From Candidatus Levyibacteriota bacterium (GTDB lineage: Bacteria > Patescibacteriota > Microgenomatia > Levybacterales > UBA12049), in NCBI GenBank assembly GCA_038253825.1, contig JBBSGT010000002.1, positions 685-64,684 on the forward strand: DNA of 64,000 bases, written 5' to 3'. Under the pieces are notes generated by a model. The model made no database searches and was not told the origin of the DNA. It saw nothing but the letters and a program-made list of their open reading frames with translations. Position numbers and translations under genes: made by a program. Of the stretch, positions 60,086 to 64,000 are shown in pieces; the stretch's first letter is position 1, and every line of letters starts with the position of its first letter.

Positions 60086-62314
60086 ATGGAAGAAATAAAA
60101 AAAACATACCCAGTAAAAGGCATGCATTGTGCCTCTTGTGTACGGGTCATTGAACGAGCAGTTAAAAGAATTGATGGTGTTGTTGCTTGTAATGTCAATC
60201 TTGCTACAGAACAAGCAACAGTTACCTTTGACAAGAGTAAAGTAACCAAGGATCATATCGCATCAGCTGTGAAAAATGTCGGGTATCGAGCTCTTGTTGA
60301 CGAAGAAATATTGTCAGAAGAAGAACAAAAAAAGCAAAAACATAAAGAGCTCAATGAACTGAGAAATAAAGTGATATTTAGCTTATTTTTTGGTGGCTTA
60401 ATCCTTTGGGGAAGTTTCCCAGGTATTATGGAAACTGCACCTCAAATACTCAAAGACCCCCTTTTACAATTTATGTTTGCGACTCCAGTGCAGCTATGGG
60501 CTGGCTGGGAATTTTATCGTGCAGCCTTTGCTTCACTTCGCCATCGAACCGCAAATATGGATACACTCGTTGCTATCGGTACAACTATTGCCTATGGTTA
60601 TTCTGTTATTGTTACCTTCTTTCCACAACTCTTTAAAGAGCTAGGTATTATGCCTATGCCTTTTTTTGATACCTCAACGATCATTATTGGATTGATATTA
60701 CTTGGTCGTTTTTTTGAAGCACGAGCAAAATCTAGTACATCTGACGCTATTAAAAAACTTGCTGGACTCCAAGCAAAAACTGCGAGAGTAGTAAAAGCTG
60801 GGCAAGAGATAGATATTCCAATAGAACAAGTGGAAATTGGCGATATAATTCGTGTCAGACCTGGAGAGAAAGTACCAACTGATGGCGAGATTACTGAGGG
60901 CGATTCTACACTTGATGAGTCTATGATAACCGGTGAAAGTATTCCGGTTGAGAAATCAAAAGGCGACAGCGTTGTTGGGGCAACCTTAAATAAATCAGGA
61001 ACTTTCCTCTACAAAGCGACAAAAGTTGGGAGTGATACCATGCTTTCACAAATTATTAAACTTGTCCAAGAAGCACAAGGATCTAAAGCTCCGATTCAAC
61101 GAATCGCCGATCTTATTTCTTCCTACTTTGTCCCAATTGTCCTGATGCTTGCTCTTTTGACCTTTGTTGTTTGGTATGATTTTGGTACACAACCAGCTTT
61201 ACTCTTTGCGATATTAAATACAGTAGCAGTCCTTATTATTGCCTGTCCTTGTGCAATGGGACTGGCAACCCCGACTGCAATAATGGTAGGAACAGGAAAA
61301 GGAGCTGAGAATGGCATCCTCATCAAAGATGCAGAAAGCCTTGAAACAGCACATAAAATACAAACGATTATCTTTGATAAAACTGGAACTCTCACAAATG
61401 GAAAGCCTGTGGTGACAGATATTATTACTAGTAATCATATAAATGGAGATGAAATTCTCAAACTTGCAGCCTCTTTAGAAAAAGGTTCAGAACATTCACT
61501 CGCTGAGGCAATAGTAAAAGAAGCAGAAAGCAAACATGTTGTTCTTTTACCAGTTGAAAAATTCCACGCAATTCCCGGACATGGAGTGAAAGGTGTCGTT
61601 GATGGGAAATTGATTCATTTTGGTAATAGAAGGTTTATGGAAAGTAAACAAATTGCCCTAACTGATGTTGAAGAACATGTGAGCAAACTTGAGACAGAGG
61701 GAAAAACAGTTATGCTACTAACTGTTGATAACCGGCTATCAGCACTCATTGCTGTTGCTGACACAGTTAAGGAATCTGCAAAAGAAGGTGTTGAAAAACT
61801 ACAAAAAATGGGTATAGAGGTAGTTATGATAACTGGAGATAACAAACGGACAGCTGAAGCAATTGCAAAGCAAGTAGGTATTACCAGAGTGCTTGCCGAA
61901 GTATTGCCAGAAGAAAAAGAAGCAGAACTGAGAAAAATTCAAGCAGAAGGGAAAAAAGTCGCCATGGTTGGAGATGGTATTAATGATGCCCCAGCACTTG
62001 CCGCAGCTGACTTAGGAATCGCAATGGGAACGGGAACGGATGTGGCAATTGAAGCAGCGGATATAACACTTGTGAATAAAAATTTAAGCTCAGTTGCTTC
62101 TGCTATCACTCTTTCAAAAAAGACCATGCGAACAATTAAAATAAATTTATTTTGGGCATTTGGCTACAATATAATTTTAATTCCTGTCGCAGCAGGAGTT
62201 CTCTACCCCTTTTTCCATTTACTCATGCCTCCAGTTCTTGCCTCAGCTGCAATGGCAATGTCTAGTATTTCTGTTGTATCGAATTCTCTACTTTTGAAGA
62301 AAAGTAAAATTTAG
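60086..62314 (+). CDS. copA: Copper-translocating P1B-type ATPase.
   Basis: HMA domain GMHCASC, CPC motif ([11 protein letters not shown]), DKTGTLT, TGDN and GDGINDAP. Confidence 0.92.
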   Translation: MEEIKKTYPVKGMHCASCVRVIERAVKRIDGVVACNVNLATEQATVTFDKSKVTKDHIASAVKNVGYRALVDEEILSEEEQKKQKHKELNELRNKVIFSLFFGGLILWGSFPGIMETAPQILKDPLLQFMFATPVQLWAGWEFYRAAFASLRHRTANMDTLVAIGTTIAYGYSVIVTFFPQLFKELGIMPMPFFDTSTIIIGLILLGRFFEARAKSSTSDAIKKLAGLQAKTARVVKAGQEIDIPIEQVEIGDIIRVRPGEKVPTDGEITEGDSTLDESMITGESIPVEKSKGDSVVGATLNKSGTFLYKATKVGSDTMLSQIIKLVQEAQGSKAPIQRIADLISSYFVPIVLMLALLTFVVWYDFGTQPALLFAILNTVAVLIIACPCAMGLATPTAIMVGTGKGAENGILIKDAESLETAHKIQTIIFDKTGTLTNGKPVVTDIITSNHINGDEILKLAASLEKGSEHSLAEAIVKEAESKHVVLLPVEKFHAIPGHGVKGVVDGKLIHFGNRRFMESKQIALTDVEEHVSKLETEGKTVMLLTVDNRLSALIAVADTVKESAKEGVEKLQKMGIEVVMITGDNKRTAEAIAKQVGITRVLAEVLPEEKEAELRKIQAEGKKVAMVGDGINDAPALAAADLGIAMGTGTDVAIEAADITLVNKNLSSVASAITLSKKTMRTIKINLFWAFGYNIILIPVAAGVLYPFFHLLMPPVLASAAMAMSSISVVSNSLLLKKSKI

Positions 62315-62322
62315 CACAGAAT

Positions 62323-62601
62323 ATGACAGAAAGAGTTGAACGAACAGCAACTGTTTATAACGAAATTGCTTCGAAGTATGCTAAAAACAAAGCGGATAAA
62401 TATTCTGATAGAGCAATATGGACATTTACTGATTTACTCTCTCCAGGCTCTCGAATAATAAGTATTGGCTGTGGTCATGGAAGAGATGAAGCGCTCTTTA
62501 AGCAAAGAGGTTTTGCGCCAGTCGGTGTTGATGTTTCCAAATATTTGTTGCAAATAGCAAGTCAGCAAAATCCTGATATACCATTTGTCATATTGTTATA
62601 G
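62323..62601 (+). pseudogene. Truncated class I SAM-methyltransferase N-terminal fragment.
   Basis: It carries only motif I (IISIGCGHGRD, VGVDVS) and stops after 92 aa. The downstream frame (62604..62726) is Met-less and could be a further gene remnant. Confidence 0.4.
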
Positions 62602-62764
62602 AAGATTGTGATCTTGAAGAGAGTATCAAAATAGTAAAGAAAGTAAAAGAGGAACTTAATCAAAGATATCATATTCAACATGCCACAACTGAAACTGAGC
62701 TAATAGAATACCCACAAATTAAATAGCGTTGTAGAGAGAATATGTACCTGCTACAATATGTCGT

Positions 62765-63145
62765 ATGAAGACAGCAACACTTGGAGAATTAGAACAGCAA
62801 ATAATGGATATTTTTTGGGAGGCTAACACATCTACTGCTAGAGAGATTCTTACCAAACTTGAAAAGACTCGGAAGATTGCATATACGACTGTAACCACAA
62901 TTCTGCAAAGACTCTGTGAAAAAGAGCTTCTCAAAAGAGTAGAAGGTAAATCAGGGTATATTTACTCTCCCAAAGTATCAAAAGAATCGTATAGTAAAAA
63001 TATTGCTCAAACTTTCCTTAAGAAATTTATCAATTCTTTTGGAGATACAGCTATTGCCTCTTTTGCTGAAAGTATTGATTCGCTACCCGTAAAAAGGAAA
63101 GAATATTTTATCAAATTGCTTGAAGACCATGATAAGAGTAAATAA
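62765..63145 (+). CDS. BlaI/MecI/CopY family transcriptional repressor.
   Basis: Winged-helix N-terminus (LGELEQQIMDIFWEANTSTAREILTKL...AYTTVTTILQRLCEKELLKR); it lacks the CopY C-terminal Cys box. Confidence 0.75.
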   Translation: MKTATLGELEQQIMDIFWEANTSTAREILTKLEKTRKIAYTTVTTILQRLCEKELLKRVEGKSGYIYSPKVSKESYSKNIAQTFLKKFINSFGDTAIASFAESIDSLPVKRKEYFIKLLEDHDKSK

Positions 63146-64000
63146 GAAACTTTGTATTTTTTTAGGTTTATTTATTGTATTAGGAACGTCAACTCTCCTT
63201 GCACTACAACGCCTTCTTCCACTTATAAATCATACTGTCTATTATTGCCAATCTATTATGAATTCACTTTCTCTCCCCTTACCTAACTATTTGGGTCTAA
63301 TTCCATTTTTCATATTTTTTGCATTCATAATGATAGCATTTATAAAACTTATTATTCTTTATACAAAAGTTCAGTTATCAAAAAAACAGCTCCTAAAAAA
63401 TTCTCAGCAAAATACTGAATTACTAACGCTTCTTAAAAAAACGTACTTACAAAATAAAACATTCCTTATTCACTCTGAAAAATATTTTGCCTTTTGTTTG
63501 GGGTTTAGAAATCCAAAGATTTATATATCAACTTCATTAGTCAATAGCCTATCGCATAAAGAAATAGAAGCAGTCTTGTATCATGAGCGATATCATCTAA
63601 AAAATAAAGACACGGTAACAATGCTTATTGCCTCTGTAGGTGAATCACTTCTTCCATTTTTTCCACTGTTTTCGGATTTCCTGCGAAACTTCCGTATTGA
63701 AAAAGAGATCAATGCCGATAATGAAGCAATCAAAGAACTTGGTAGTCCAGAGCCGCTTATTTCAGCTCTAAGAAAGTTCCTCTCAATACCTTCAGTTACA
63801 ATAGCTACTGCATCAGCTATTGCAGATTATGATACTCTCGAACCACGAATCAATTCTTTACTTGAAAAAAAAGAAACAATCAAAATATATAAATTGAGAC
63901 ATATTCTTATAAGTATCTTTTCACTTCTCGCTATGAGTATTATCACAATTACTCCGGTTCAAGCTATGGAATTTCATAATAAAGGCGAAGATGCTATGAT
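63129..64000 (+). CDS. BlaR1/MecR1-like M56 family membrane metallopeptidase sensor, 5' partial; it continues beyond the window.
   Basis: Frame 63129..64000 is open with no stop. It begins MIRVNKKLCIFLGLFIVLGT, has several transmembrane helices, and carries HExxH (LYHERYHLKNKD). It overlaps blaI by 17 nt. Confidence 0.7.
   Translation, partial: MIRVNKKLCIFLGLFIVLGTSTLLALQRLLPLINHTVYYCQSIMNSLSLPLPNYLGLIPFFIFFAFIMIAFIKLIILYTKVQLSKKQLLKNSQQNTELLTLLKKTYLQNKTFLIHSEKYFAFCLGFRNPKIYISTSLVNSLSHKEIEAVLYHERYHLKNKDTVTMLIASVGESLLPFFPLFSDFLRNFRIEKEINADNEAIKELGSPEPLISALRKFLSIPSVTIATASAIADYDTLEPRINSLLEKKETIKIYKLRHILISIFSLLAMSIITITPVQAMEFHNKGEDAM

Noticed and set aside
1-64000. CRISPR arrays, DGR (template/variable repeat + RT), integrases/transposases and restriction-modification genes.
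   Set aside because: I scanned by eye for regularly spaced direct repeats, YxDD reverse-transcriptase motifs and recombinase motifs and found none. The only repeats seen are the 38-42 kb intergenic element and the protein-level paralog repeats.

Overview
The window is low-GC DNA from a small-genome bacterium. Gene content (many GT2/GT4/GT-C-like glycosyltransferases, sortase, DsbA/DsbB, compact operons, standard code with TGA stops) fits an uncultivated Patescibacteria (CPR)-like or low-GC Gram-positive-like lineage; this placement is inference only.

Housekeeping at the 5' end: a polysaccharide deacetylase 3' fragment, typA/bipA, an endonuclease III-like gene with a degenerate Fe-S motif, a PIG-L deacetylase, and a minus-strand DsbA/DsbB/AtpZ-like/SerB-ACT operon.

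The dominant content is a large, paralog-rich cell-surface glycosylation system in two blocks (about 14.2-29.8 kb and 42.5-54.2 kb):
- four copies of an uncharacterised roughly 500-540 aa polytopic membrane family sharing the motif NDAxSHLxIARRxVxxLTPGFAQLGxVWLPLPHLL, a possible GT-C glycosyltransferase;
- three secreted paralogs of a glycoside-hydrolase-like family (WxIQSIDTMK ... GANYxAIDTPYD ... WFRGNWSxWEGWF ... EFGAPIP), each directly downstream of the membrane family;
- three fused DPM1-like GT2 + processive QxxRW GT2 synthases, one a 1376 aa GT2-GT2-TM-GT4 megaprotein;
- small GT2s, a GT4, a pyruvyl transferase, a deacetylase, a hexapeptide acetyltransferase and methyltransferases.

Other features:
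- three paralogous secreted N/T/G-rich beta-solenoid-like repeat proteins;
- a sortase next to a LASTG (LAXTG-type) substrate;
- a tRNA-bounded accessory segment (37.9-43.4 kb) carrying a five-copy AAGGCTCT(C)CAGCAAA-type repeat, a frameshifted APH/ThrB2-like kinase, a uridine-kinase-like gene and a class II Fic protein;
- four tRNAs: Pro-TGG, Leu-TAA, Gly-TCC and Arg-TCT;
- a methyltransferase interrupted by an in-frame TAA;
- a csoR-cupredoxin-DUF3105-copA copper operon with a textbook promoter-overlapping inverted-repeat operator;
- a blaI/blaR1-like pair running off the 3' end.

No CRISPR array, rRNA, integrase/transposase or DGR reverse transcriptase was recognised.
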